A DNA stretch of 64,000 nucleotides, counting the filler, from Sphacelaria rigidula (lineage: Eukaryota), in NCBI GenBank assembly GCA_964200075.2. It is 4 parts of 4 records of this genome, joined end to end, with 100 filler letters (N's around TTAATTAATTAA, not from the genome) between each part and the next. Parts side by side here need not be neighbours in the genome. Positions count along the whole stretch, not along the records: positions 1 to 15,982 come from CAXNAA020001534.1; 3 more parts are not named here. One strand, written 5' to 3'. Below the pieces are notes generated by a model. The model made no database searches and had not been told where the DNA came from. It saw only the letters and a program-made list of their open reading frames with translations. Position numbers and translations under genes: made by a program. The first letter of the stretch is position 1; every line of letters begins with the position of its first letter. Below, piece by piece: positions 1-13,881 of this stretch.

Positions 1-2804
1 TTCGTCACGAGTCGACTCATCATACTAAAACCAAGTAATTTTCAGACAAATGATTATTTGTCCGACCCTTGTATTGTTTCATTGTGGATTTCTTCATATT
101 AGAATTCGTTTCTGATCTCACGAAAATACTGTTCTTTCTGCCTCGATGTTGGGAGTGAAAAAGGGACGATTGTCAGCTCGGGAATGCGTTATGAATTTCT
201 CACCTACTCTTCGGGAGGAGGCATGGAAGGCCAGATACCGCCATAAATAGTTCCAGGGAGGGCGGAAGGCATGAGACATATGAAAATGATTCGTAATGAC
301 TAAAACTCAGGGAATGCACTGTTTATGGCGTGTACTTATTACAGCGACTCATTATCCTACCCAGGGGTGTCATAAACTTCAGCGGCAAGCTACTCCACAA
401 AGCATATCGGACCTCGTGGAGGGGCATTTCGAAGCTGAAACGGTTCACTCACTCATCGACCGCTCCTCACTCTCAAGACGAAAACAGTGTGGCCCTGGGT
501 ACACAGGCATTCGACTTCACGGTTGACGAGGGGAAGGGGATCGCCGAACACTTCTCGCGAAAAGGATCAAGGCAAGTACCGCACAAGGAGGATGGGAGTA
601 TTGAGGCAAAATAAAATGAAGAACTCCCTCGTTGATTTCCCTCCTGTGTGGCCCCCGCCCGATGCGCCACCATTTTGTACCAAGAGGTATGGAAGACTTG
701 CGGCATCCAATATAGATCGGATGACAACAGACGAGGTGTAGACAGTAGGCACGCTGCGTCCCGGCTTTGTAAAGACAACACAGCAGATTGCCGTCAAGAA
801 GGGTAGTGAGTCGTCGCGTGGCACTCCACCTTCCCTGGACTGTCCAAAACTGCGAAAAAGTATCCACGTTGTCGTTTTTGTTCTTCGCAGTTTGGCCCTC
901 GCCTCTATTCCATTCCTGGCCCACCCTGATTCTCTGTCCGATAACGAACGCATCACCTCTGTTCAGCACAATCACAAAATATAAAAGTGAGGAGAGTCCG
1001 ATGTAGTATGTACATGCGTGACAAAAGATCGAGCTTCTCACTACAGCAGTTGTAGCAGCATGGGCAGCAGCAGTAGTAGTAGAATAATGCATGCTGGCCC
1101 ATGAAATGTCCACAACAATTAAGCCCAACGGACACATGTTCTCCGTTCCCATTCTCCCGAAGAGTGTGTGTGTACCGCAACAAACTGCAATACAACCGCG
1201 AAAGCCACACCCGTTCCTGGAAGCACAAACAAAACCCGCCAAGATTGAAAAGGAGATACTTGTCCAGCGGATATCCCGAGTCTTCGACCGTCATAATTTT
1301 CTCAACTTGAAGTTAGACCCGTAGTTCCCAATACGGAGACATGACGAGGTACGCATGGACGTGACATTCCCGACGGCCGGATCCTCCACACGCCATGGTG
1401 CCGAGATAAACCTGCCTGTATGATATGCTGTACGTCCTGTACCACGCTACGGTGATGTTGCTGTATGGTGGGCACATGGCCCAAACAGAGGTGTGGTGTA
1501 GACAGATACGAAAAAGAAGCGAAGGGGGCGAAGAACCCTCGTTCATTTTCCTAAACTTTTATTCAATCATCAGTCTGCACAGAGAATTGATTCTACACCA
1601 AATCAAGACCGGTATGCACGTATGATTCATGAAGGAACCCCTTGCACAAGCTCCACGACTTACTTCAAGATCATCAACCCCCTCTCATTTCTCAGCGGAC
1701 CTGTCCTTTGTGGTCCATAATCTGTCCCACTACCCCCCATCCTGTAGAGAGGAAAGCCTACAAAAGGACTTTAACGCGTTTGTAACCCGTACCCTCAACA
1801 TCAGCATAAGCAATATCATCCACAATCACTCCAGGTAATATCGGCCGAACTATCCTACGATTGAGCTACAAAATAGACGAATGTTCAGTCTTCCAGGATG
1901 CAAGCGCCGTCGACGTTTCTCCACCGCAAGGCCCTTTGGAAAGCGGTGACTACAAAATTGATATGAGAACTACCGCAACTCCTCACCTCCCTCCCCCCCG
2001 CGTGCGCACACACATCTTACACGGTAGAATTAACACGAGTAAATGTCACTGGTGCAGTGTGATTATGTTCGAACCTCCTTGAAATCAAATGAAATGTGAA
2101 TCAATGCGAGAGCTTCAGAGTGAACGGCGTGGATGAAAAGCGCGAGAGGAGGGGCTCAACCACGCAGGCCTCGGTAGACCTGTCACGTCGAATCCGTTCG
2201 CTTCGTCCGCCATCGCCCCGACTTCTAGATCGCAACAACGGAGTATCGACGCTGCCGTCCGTCTGGTCAAGCCATGGAACAGAATTGCACTGTTGTTGGC
2301 CCACTCGGAAACCAAGCCTCTTCATTGTGATTGAAAAGATATTCTTTCAGGGGAAAAAATATATGATGTGCCGTTCCTCTTTTGGAAACTCAGAAAATAG
2401 CCCCGCGCCGCATCTACAAGCGATCTTTATATAGCACGAGAAGGGCAAGCGGAGCTCGACTATTCGTGAAAAAACTATTTCTCCAATAGGTGGGCTTGCA
2501 AAAGGGAACCGGAATGGACACACGACTCAGAGGGAACCATGAAAAAAAGATCGAAATAAGAGGTATATCTAAGGTGAGCGATGCAATGCAATGTACTACA
2601 AGGCATTCAAAGCTAAGACTGCAACGAAAAAAAGGAGTGGAAACTATAACAGGAGACCGATGGGCCGACAAAACACAACCTAAAGCAGCACACCGCTCCT
2701 AATGCGTTTGTGGTGCGTCCTTTCCTCGCCCACACGGTCACAAAAGTCCGTCAACGACCATCTTTTGGGGACTTGATTGGGCGAAGCCGTTTCCTTTAGT
2801 TGCT

Positions 2805-5800
2805 CTAGAGCGTGTACTCGTCGACCCACTCCACGCCTAGCTCGGAGAGCTGCTTGTGAGCCTACAAAGTAAGAAGAGGACGGGTGACGAAGCGGGTTTG
2901 GGACGAAGGCACACGGGGGAAGAAAGGGGTACAACAGGGAAGGGAGGTGTATGGGTCGAGTGGATCTGGGTCGCGGAATGCTCGTACAACAAGTGGGATC
3001 CTCAAACGAAAGTAAGGTGGCGTCCCCCCACACGCACACATGTGTATCATCACCGCCGCCCCTTTGTTTAGAGACTGGATGTTATTACACTGAAGCCTGA
3101 TGATTGTATACTTATTTTGTGTCATAGGTCAAGTTCGTTATGGGGGGGGGGGGGTCAGATCGTATCCCGCAAATAGAGTTGCCGACAATACTACAGTTGG
3201 GTTCTTCCCTAAGAACTGGTGGGTCGAAAACTGGGGATTTGGGCCATTTTTTCGAAAGTGTTCTCAAGAATATTCTGGGAATAAAGGGCATCACCGACGT
3301 TCGGACGCGCAAAACCCCCACAACCACGATGAACATTTACCTCCCCCGCCCATTCGTGAACGGGGCGCCGACCTACCGTTGGGCAAACGTTGTGCTATGG
3401 CGGTAAGATAGCGTTGGCCATTGCGCCAGGCAGAACTCGAGTCCCCAAGGGCGTTGTAGGTCCCACGGCGGAGCGTCATGGTGTTGGGTGTGACTACCCT
3501 AGAAAACATTGGTCCGGGTGCGGAGCTTAGATCGACGAAACCGGGGGCTCGACCGCTCAAACAAGACTCGTAGTCGGCGGCCGTCACTATGTATCATTAC
3601 AAATGCCGCTACGCTGGAGAGGATCAACGAGGCGAATAGGTCGGTCGTTTATTTGCGACACTTTTCAGCCGTTGTAAAAGAGGTTGAATACGACATTTGT
3701 TGGGCCAACCAATTTTTTTTTCGACGGTGCGTGCATGCAGAGTGGTGTGTGCAAAGAAGAAAACGGGTTTCAACTCGAAAAACACAATATTTCAAAATTT
3801 ATGTATACCGTCTGCGGCATCGGACACGACTCAGAGTGCGTGTGATCATGACGGACTCTACTTATGAAACAGGGGAAGAACGAAAGCGGTGGATCCACAG
3901 GTCATATCCCCTTTAATTGGCCAAGAAAGGCGCTTGTATATCATATCGTGTGAAAAATAGTGATGACGATATTGGAAAGATGTGCTCACGTATGTGACCA
4001 TGGGTTCGAGAGATGGAGGCTCATGTGCGTGAGTGATGATGAAGATAAAAATAAAAGTGATGACTTATCACAAGAATAAGGAGAACACCAATGATTATAC
4101 CAATCGATCATGCTACAACTACAAGGACTAATTCATGATGATAAGCCCTAACCCATATAACGGGAAAAATGTTGGATTTATATTTTAGCGCTCGAACATG
4201 AACCAATTACACACCGCTTTGATGCTTTTTTCTTCAGCAAACCAATGCATTGTATCGGTCCCTCGGAGACGGTGAAGTATGAACGCCTGTATGCGCAGAC
4301 GACACAATATGTCTGTTAGCCCTTCCAACTTGGATTGACGCGATAGTACCCGGAGACATGTTCAGTTGATTCAACTTAGCCGGAACTCCAAGAACCTGCA
4401 AAAAGATGCCCGGCACATGACTGCAACACTCTCTATTGTCAATCTACTGGGCGTGCTCTCGTCTGTTAATCCATCAACAACACGTACACGACACAACGTA
4501 CACACCGTCTCCTCTCGTTCTCATCTTCTTGAAAAAAAACGTTTGCCGTTTACGCTTTCTCGAAAGGAAACAAAATATGACTCCTACATGACATGTCTCG
4601 CAACCGAAATTTCGGAATAGAGCCCTCACTGCATGATACGGGTACGTGATTTTCATATCGGCGTTGCAACAAGCACAACAAACAAAACACGGCCTCATCA
4701 GGTTGTTCTTGTTTCGAGATTGCAGCGCAACACGATACGCTCGGGTCTAGCAGTCGGCAAAACTGCGGTGCGCCCGACGTTTTGACGCGAAAGCGGTTAT
4801 TTCGGTAGACATTACACCCTGGACTCAAGACTATCTCATCAAAATGTGTACTGCGTACAATATCGGACCCGTCATTATCGCAACAAACCCAATGGCCTGT
4901 ACTGTACGCGGTACGCTCATTGATAATGCAATAGACTGCCAGTATCCGGGCAATATATTGACATACTAACTCGCCTAAAACGTACCTGTCGTCGCATGTC
5001 CTCATGCTGCGTGTACCTCAAGTCGAGCACGGGGTATATGAAACGAACTTGCCCTAAATCAGTTACGTACCCGCGGTCGCGTTTTCCCGTGCTACATGTA
5101 CCCCAATCCAAGCATTTTACCGGAATTCGATTGATACACTATTAAAGGCGGTCACCTTCTTGTAGTCCTCGAAAAAAGCATCTTGGTCGTCCCTGTATTT
5201 CTGGGCAAAGGGAAGGAATCCCGGGTCGTCGAACAGAGACTTGTCCGTGCCAAGCTTGAGCAGCTCGGGGTCGGCGCTCTCATCCGGCACGGTGGCGAAG
5301 TAGCTGTCCGATTCATCATCATGTTCATGTTATTTTTTTAATTTGGAGAAGCAAAGATAACACCGGGTGGGGAAAGGACACTTATGGCGACATCCGACAC
5401 GGACCAGTGAAAATCATCAACGTCTTCGCGGCGCCAGCTGCCAGAGATGGGTCACCAGTGATCAAATGCCATGAACTACAGCATGGAAGATAACCTGTCT
5501 CTTGATATATGATAGTCTCACCACCCTTTGGTTGGAAATATCTTCCCTCATTCCTCACGAAAGGTTTGTGTGGGAAATTATAAAATAAAAATAAACTCAA
5601 TCAAGTTTCAGGACAACCGAGTTGAGGACTTGAGCCCTCTTCATTCGATTCCTTTATCGATCTCCTCTGGCACTCATCACCGGGCCGTGTCGGATATGAT
5701 GGCACACTGCTAAATGGTACAACGCGCCAGAATGATCGATCAGACTTCGCGGCGCACCCCGGGACGGTTCCGCGTCACCGGGAAAATACGCTGTATTTTT

Positions 5801-8800
5801 CTTGTTGTGCCATCATCAATATTTGTTACTGCTTGGTCTTTTGAACCAAGGATCGAGTTTGTCCCTACAAGCAGCGGGAAGCCAGCCCGTACGTCGTCTT
5901 GAGCGCCGTGATCTCAGAGGGTCCGTGTCGGCCACAACGCGGATGTGAAACGAGTCCGACGTTTCATGGTTTTACGATACACTATTCATCTGTCAACGTT
6001 TTGCCCACACACGAGCGGTCGATATCCACGGTCCAAAATTTGGGACTCATGACACCCCTGCAAACAACCAACCGACGTCTACGCCGCTTTCTGCTTGTTG
6101 AGAAGTCGCTTCTCTCGATTCCTCTGTCGGACAGCCAGAATCCCGGCTACGCGCGAACTACCACGACGTAATCTGTTCGGTCAACGACTCCATTCTCATC
6201 CTCATCGCCCGAAGATCACCTTGGCGGTTCATCATCCGACACTTTGAGCGGAGTGAAAGAAGTGGGTCTACTCGGCTGATTTCCGTCGCGGAGAGCGGGA
6301 GGCTGTGAGAGTGGTCACCGAGTGTTTCCACAACAAAATGTCGGGCGGATCTTTCTCATAACGAGGGGCTCTCAAAGTTGGGGGACTACACACAAAATGG
6401 GTCAGGACACCGCCGTTTTGAAGTTCATTCCAGATATACCAAACCCATTGTAATGCTAATCGTTGAAGGCGTTCACATTTTTGTTGTGCCCTGCTGTGGC
6501 ACCACTCCGGTACGGGAGGAGAGACACGCAGCACAGGTTCAACGAAAAAAAAATCCCAACGGCGTGTCGGGTAAAATACATCAGATACCCGAGGTATTTG
6601 AAAAAATCGAACGAAGTAGGGTGGATAATTTCAGATCATATCTTATCTACCCATACATCTGGTCATAGTATTGAAAATCGTACCCAAATTACCCGAAATG
6701 GAGTAGAGTATTGATTTTATACCCAAGTGACGCTTGACTTCAACTGACCCTCCAGAGATACGGCCGTGGTCACACTATATCAGGATATTGTTCATACGTA
6801 GTACGTTTTATTTTGGGGGTGAGGTGTGGCGTGGGGTGGGGAGGGGGGGGTTGAGTATTTGACCTTGTACCCAACATATTTTTTGGTTGGAAGTATTTGA
6901 GGGCGTACTCAACCTACCAAATCCTTGGGTGGGCCAAATACCCGGGTATTCTTCCCAGGTACTCGAGTACAAACCCTCAACAAGACCCTCGCAAGAAATA
7001 TATCGTCCTGCATGCCGCATTCCACACCTGTTGTCGAACTTAAGCCATTTCTCGGTCCACGAGCTGCCCCCCTTGCGCCCGTAGCCCGCCTTTCCGTCCC
7101 CGCGAGCCACGTGGTCGCCCGTCGTGAACTTCGTCGACTCTGCCCCCTCCCCGCTGCGGTCCTGCGGGTTGGGAATGCGAATCGAAGTGTTGAGCATCAT
7201 GAGATAATAGTACTCCCGTCACGTGTAACACGACACACGACCCTCGTATGATCAAATCAGCCCGAAAAAAAAAAGAGTGATGCGGATGATGACAAAGAAA
7301 CAAGATAAATAAAACGAAAAAAGTACAGCTGTTGTACCACCGACCTTGAAGGCACGGCCAAGTGTGTGCGCCCCGGAGAGAGCCACAATCCCCTCGTCCC
7401 CGAAGCCCATGCGGTAAAACACGTTACGGAGGTGGTCCTGCGCGTTATCGGCGTCAGGGAAAGGCTTGTTTCCGGCGGGGAGGTAACCCTCATCCACGCA
7501 GTCCTCCGGCTTCTCCGCGTCCTTGCGCCCGTACTTCATGTCGATCACCGGCCCGCCTTCATATTCACCAGCAGTATGTACACGTATTCACCGGGTACGA
7601 TGAGGTAAAACAGTCGATATTATACATACAGGCGTTGGTTGTTTTTTCCTACTGTTTCCCCCCAACACTTTCGACAACTCACTGTTCTTGGGAAGAGTTC
7701 GTCTTTTCTAGGAATAAACCCAGTATGGGTACGGAGTGCGAGAAGGGTATTTTATATTCTCTTCCCGGTACGATTTTTGCACAGTTTTGGGCCCGCACGG
7801 CGGCAGTATGTCAAATAAGACGGTGTGCATTTCGCCCCCCTTTGCGCAATATTTTGCCGTTGCCCGTCATAACCCGTTTACGAGTGGACCGTGGTAACTG
7901 TGAGAGGGAATCACGGCAACGATGGACCCGCATCATGGCCGCATCTCGATCAGGTGAAAAAAAAACGAACCCATTCAAACCTACTTGCATTTCAGACCTT
8001 GTGATACATCTTCATGTGTGTGTGGTTGGCGAATCGTGAGGGGGAAACGTACCGGCGACCTCGACGGCCGTTGCGGAAGCGAGTTGCATGAGATCAGCCC
8101 ATCCGATGTCTGAGAACTTGTTCTTGATTGGCTTCAGCAGGCCGAGAGCGGCGGTGAGTCCGGCATTTGCTCCGTGCTTGATCTCCGGCTCGAAACGGAT
8201 GGATCCATTGGCTCCCCCTTGTCTGTGGGCGAGGGTAAGTTGAATGACGCAAAAAAAGGGAGAAGAGAGTGGTTTGTGTGTGTTATGTGTTTACTCATGA
8301 CTTGGAATGCCGTAGTCATGAAACCATCGACCTCGCACTCCCAAAAAGCCGGGAAGGAGCACGCCAGGTTTTCGTCGGACCAGGCTCGGAAAAGGGGGGA
8401 AAATGCCTGAGCATTTTACCCGCATCTTTCAGGCGCCTTTCATAGATACTTTGATCTCCGGTGGCGCGGTAGTCTTTTCCTGCAAAAGTACGAGGAAGCT
8501 CGGAGCATGCGAGTAGACGGCTTACCTTGAGGGGACTGCAACATCCACCATCCATCACACGTGTATTTCACACATTGGACAATTCATGGGCCAACAAAAT
8601 TATGCGGTACAACTCAGCCAGTGTAAAACGGCAACACTGAGTTATACCTGAATAAGCTACCTCGAGCTGAGGTCAGTCGAGTTGTTGGACGTGCGGGTGA
8701 TATGTTTGTACGAAGCCATCGTGTGTAAAAAAAGGTGAACACTCAACTGACAAAAAAATCTTCGGGTGGGGTATAACTCGATCGCGAGCATACTACATCA

Positions 8801-11800
8801 TCAGAATTTTTAGCTCACCTCGGCCATCCCTCAGTGCTGTCCTTGTTGTACGTTCCTGCATCACCACCACAGACCGGAAAAAAAAATATAAGCATGGAGA
8901 ACAAAAAGCGATGGGCTCAAGGCAGTGAAAACGGGGCGGCGTACACAAATGAATGAACACCTTGTATTTTTGGTGCATTGCCAAGAAATAAAAAAAAAGT
9001 TCTCCCATGTAATCCGTTGTTGGGGATCACCGTCTCTCAACGACTCGACACGAGAAAAAAAAAGATATCTCGATGTCTGCAATTTCCCCCCACATACTTC
9101 TTGTCCAACTTTGCGGGCATTGAAACGTGTACTTGTTCCTCATGGTGGAGGAGGCCAGCTCCCGTTTCTTCAGATGCGCCGATCAATACGACAGCAGGGA
9201 ACGTATCGTAAAGTCCGCTCACGATCATGTCTGTGAACACTCGTCTTACTCTCGACATGTGGCGGTCCCAGGGTGAGCAGACGCCATCCCACTCCGAGGC
9301 TACGTACGAGGCTCTGTGCACGGATGGCTACCGTACCCGTGGACAGGGGCCGACGTGGACAGGGACGGGTTCACCTTTCCCGCGACACGGAATTACAGGG
9401 CAAGTACCCAAATCGTTCATGCCACAGCGGCAGATACATACGGAACTTGTTTTTTGCCGCGTGAAACGCTTAGGAATCATTTCTTCAGCGACGCTCGCAG
9501 TTCCGTTTCTCCCGGTTTTGTGGGTATATCGAGCATGCATGTCTCTAGTTTTCATGTGTTGATCATCCACAAGAGCTTGGGAGTATCTCGTGCTCATCAT
9601 AGGATTGCCACGTGCCGCAATTGAAGCAAGTGTTCACAGCGTCATGGACGTGCGATGTTTTCTTCTACTTCGTCAGGCCGCTCCTTGTGGCATGAAATAA
9701 ATAAATAAAAATGTGAAGATGCTTTGTGCGCCTTCATCGTTGAGAGAGATACGTGCCGCGTCCACATAACCTCTCAGACAATTAATATTCTACTGCTGGG
9801 ATGATTTTGGATTGTCGCCCCTCTCTGATAGCGACGACGAACACGTGTAGTAGGTGGGTACGCCGTCAGACACGCACGTCTCGGAGTCAATTGTAACGTG
9901 AAGAGGCATCAACAATACGTTGTTACACAATAATATGACGCTTGGCCTCGTGAAGTGTCACGGACAGACTACTTCAACGACCTCCATTAATCGGTCTTAA
10001 AAATGTCATTTTCCAATCTTCCGCCGTACCCCCCACCCCAACAGACGCCAGTCACCGAGTCAGTTACGGGCACAAGTAACGAACGATTCGGTCCTCACGA
10101 ATGTTTTCGGGTACACGCGTCGACTACGTTGAGCTGTTGTGGCGTGGCATGCGTGAAAGTATTATGATTCGATTGCTTGCCGCAAATCAACTGATCCCCC
10201 GGGAGTCATGATCCAGCCGTGGTATGGTCATTATCCACATGTAAATACCCGAGATGAAAACATAACGAGAGTGCTCTCTAAAGGAAAGTGAATAACAACA
10301 CGGAGATTAAACAGGGTATACCATGACAATATATTTTTGTATAAAAATGGTCGACTTCTGCGACATGACTCCGATGGCAAAGGTCTTGCGCACGAGCACA
10401 CCCTCATACTCAGTCGAGAAACGAAAAGCCGCGGGAACAAATGGCGACCCATCTATCTCGACCCCACTATTTGGGGGTATGAGGCTCCTATTCATGAAGC
10501 CTACGGAAGCCAGGTACCCAACTGCTACTTAGAGTGAACTAGAGAAAAATACAAGAAAGATGTGGCAAGCTTTCAACACGCACGCAGGCCTCAGCGAGCA
10601 GCGTCAACGTTGTCAATCTCACGTCCCTCTCGACAACGCCGACGGTATTTGGTCATGGTCCGACGTGGTGTTTTGTCTCCGTATGATGCTACGGTAGGGG
10701 TGCACAAATAGTTTCCGAGCTCAGAATCGTTAGGGGCCTTTAATCTCACCCAAAACAGGACTGATCAAAGATGTGAGAGAACGCCAGGATTACTCTTCCC
10801 ATGTGCTACGTCTTCGGGACATCCTGAATGAATTTGCAAGCGAGGATACTCTGACCCATATTCGTGTGCATCTCGAATCGTTGGGAGCCCTCGAACCAGG
10901 CAGGATCTTGCGCAAAAAATGCACCCCTACCGTAGCATTCCTCCTCCGTCTTCAAAAAGTGCTCACCCGCATCGTGCCAAGCCAGACGGATAAGGATGGG
11001 GTGCGAGTTCGTCCTGTCGATCATGGCCTCTAGTTCTTTCTTGCACTCCCGCAGTGTCGCCACCTTACTGGACACCTGAACAAATAAACAAACAGCACCG
11101 CAGTTTGTCCGTCACGTCGAGCGGTCGTCCGTGAAATGGGTCGCCATCAGTCACCCTCTGAAGAAATATTTTCCCGGTTTGGACTGGTACATGGATTGCA
11201 TCGCCTGCCCTCGCTGTTCAGTCAGTCGATCTGTATTGCCAACCAAAAATATATACCTCCTCTGTTCCGTAAGATGAGTTGCGCAAGGATTTTCCGACCA
11301 TAAATTCAAGCGTGGCTCGTTGTTGACAGTGTTTCACGAGGTGTTTTTGCATCATTTTCTTATCATGCTCACATTGGTAGTACGATTGAAGAAATCGCTG
11401 TTAACGGGGGAGGGTAAATTTTGAAAATGTTCAGTCGTTTCCCAGGCGGGTTTTCCAAGATCTGACAAGAAGGGAAAACTGGGGTGTCGTTATTCTCTTG
11501 TGCGGAACAAGGAAAAGCTTCTTCACGTTTTTTTCAGGTGAAATCTTGGGTATAGAGAGCGTGTTATTTATATAGACCGACATTTAGATGACAAAAACCA
11601 TCATCTTTCCTCTTGACCGTAAGAGATGACACAGGATGCCAGAAATGAAACTTTCAACAGAAAAATCAGCACGTCGGAAAAAAATGAACAAAAAATGCAT
11701 TTTTCGAAGAAAATGGCATGTTCAAAGCAGGAATCGAACTCTTGATCTCCACTAAACCTCGTCGAGCTCACTTTTTTTCAAAGTCCAATTCACGCTTGTA

Positions 11801-13881
11801 TTAGGGAACGGAAGGAGTATATATACAGGGAACAAGGGAAATAGCAGTCACTGTGCTGTCAGTATCATGAGGGGTTACAGCATCACGTCTCGTGGTGAAA
11901 TGCTCAAACCCTTCGACCGCGAGGGTAGGTTACCTGGTGAAACCGTAGTCCTTCGAGGGAGGGTGATGATGATCAACGGATGGCTTATGCTCGCCGTGGA
12001 AGTATTAATCGGCCACACGGTTTGAGCAGACGGCCGAGATCTCAGATTGTATGCGACGACTTTCATATGACCACCCCATAGCGGTCTGTGTGTCGGGTGA
12101 CTGGTGCCTTTTCTGGCACAGTTGACCTGTTGGGGTGGTAGATTATGGGTTCCAATCTTCGCAGATGCGGGAGATTCATGAAAAATGAAAAGTACCCGAT
12201 ATTCGTCGAAAACGTGAGGACGTGAAAAGTAAGAATTTGACCAAAATAGACGCAGTGCGGGGGTGCTTATCTGATATGTGTGCAAGGCGTGTACCAGGGT
12301 GGAGATCGGGAGATCCCTCAAAACTGCGGATTTGCCTCGAGGACGGTGGAGCGTTCGACGTGTGTGCTTGACGGAGAAGAAAAGAGAGTGGTTGTCGTGA
12401 TTTCCAGGAAACGCTGCTGACGTACTCGTGTGTAATCATATGAGACACGGGAATCAAGTGCAACCCGATCAGCGTCAAGTGGGACGCAACAGTAGGCTGT
12501 CCTGCACACTGTACTGTCCAAGAGCGGAAATCGTTGGGTTCCAGTGTGAGTATCGCACACGGGCCACGGAAGTATGATGCAGAGAATCTTCGACTAAGGG
12601 CACGAGAGAGGCGAGAAATATGCCGCGGATTGGGTGCGTCGAGGCAAGGAGCAGCGACCTGCCGTTGCGTTTCATTGGCTCAACCCATCGCCGGTCCGTT
12701 CGCCACCGTACACTTCCTTCAAGTAGTGTCTGTTTTTTCATCCGACTCAACTTCAGACGCGCTGGTTATCACACACTCTTTCGATTCGGTTGTGGGGGCA
12801 GCAGCACAAGTCAAACGAACTCTGGAATGCGTAGCTCAACATGGGCAAATCAGAATATAAGAAGCGGCCTACGATGGCTCTGCCGCATCATGACAAATCT
12901 CCAAACCACATGATCCTCATTCAGTGATTGTAATGCACTTGCTCAAGCATTTGCAGACACGTGTGCGTAAGCGTGCAGTCTTAGTCATCAAAACAGTGCC
13001 GGAGGCGGTTGAATATTTTTCCACGGATCATGCCGACACATGATGGAAAAATATACCGCCCGCAGGAGATACACGCCAACCACATCCAGGATACCCATAG
13101 CATTCGCTTGATGGTGTCTCTTACGGCGCACAAGATTCACCGTGTACGAGAGTTGTTGTCGCTGACGTGCCGGGTAAACACGCCCTGCTTCGGCCGTCAG
13201 TGAACAGCAACCATCAGTTCAAGCCAGGAAAGATTCTCACGTACATGCGACAAAGCCTTCCGTTTCGTACGACACTGCAACATCCAAAGGCGCGTTCATC
13301 GACAAATCAGGCAGGGGTGCGGTGCCCGCTGCTGCAGTACATTATTGTACCGTGCAGGTTCTATCTGTGCAGCTTTTCACCAGTGTAGACTTGCTCCGTG
13401 TAGAGCTATGCCTTCTTCGGGGTGACTAGAAGTAAGCAGTCAGTCGTACACTCATAGGATGGGTTGGATTTTGGTCAGGCGCCTTGTGCGGACCTTGCGC
13501 GGCTGCTAGACGGTGACATCAGTTGCATGTACGTACACGGTAAGTACGCAGGCCGTTCGTGTAGCAAAAGGGACGTTCTCCAAGACCCAGCAGCATGGCA
13601 GAGTCTCTCGTCGACAAATATCTGTGCTGTACTGCGGGTAGCCCACCTCAATGATGAACATCGGCGTTATGGTTGCTGTTATCTAGAAACCCTCGTGATG
13701 TGTAGCATCAGCTCACCGCCGTATCTGCCGACATGTGAAGACCAGGCGCACGTGATCGCACCATCCTGGAACTTCCGGTCATGCCTCGCGCAGCAAAAGC
13801 ATTAGACGAAGCAACTGGGACGAATCCCGAGGCAGTGTCAAGCACCACCGCCGCCGCGATACAACCAGCTACAACCCTCAT
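2805..13881 (-). CDS. APX: Plastid-targeted L-ascorbate peroxidase (class I heme peroxidase), 8 exons, 343 aa
   Basis: Phase-consistent GT-AG exons 13881-13717, 11075-10967, 8855-8819, 8222-8053, 7556-7345, 7161-7028, 5303-5156, 2861-2805 (1032 nt including TAG). Motifs: distal [29 protein letters not shown], proximal [39 protein letters not shown]-terminus is a signal peptide ending ASG|FVP followed by a Ser/Arg-rich transit peptide. Confidence 0.95.
10686..10938. mobile_element. MITE with ATGCTACGGTAGGGGTGC terminal inverted repeats, in APX intron 2
   Basis: TIR at 10686-10703 and its reverse complement at 10921-10938; a related copy lies at 27621-27842. Confidence 0.75.
11256..11817. mobile_element. 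Stowaway/mariner-like MITE in APX intron 1
   Basis: TA|CCTCCTCTGTTCCGTAA ... TTAGGGAACGGAAGGAG|TA: imperfect TIR resembling the Stowaway CTCCCTCCGTTCC terminus, flanked by TA; AT-rich non-coding interior. Confidence 0.7.

Noticed and set aside
296-2434. Short ORFs downstream of APX, with a faint RT-like GVINF stretch near 365
   Set aside because: No ordered set of motifs; cannot be distinguished from chance or extreme decay.
4670-4720. CTGATGA plus GAAAC on the minus strand as a hammerhead ribozyme
   Set aside because: Spacing leaves no room for stems I and III.
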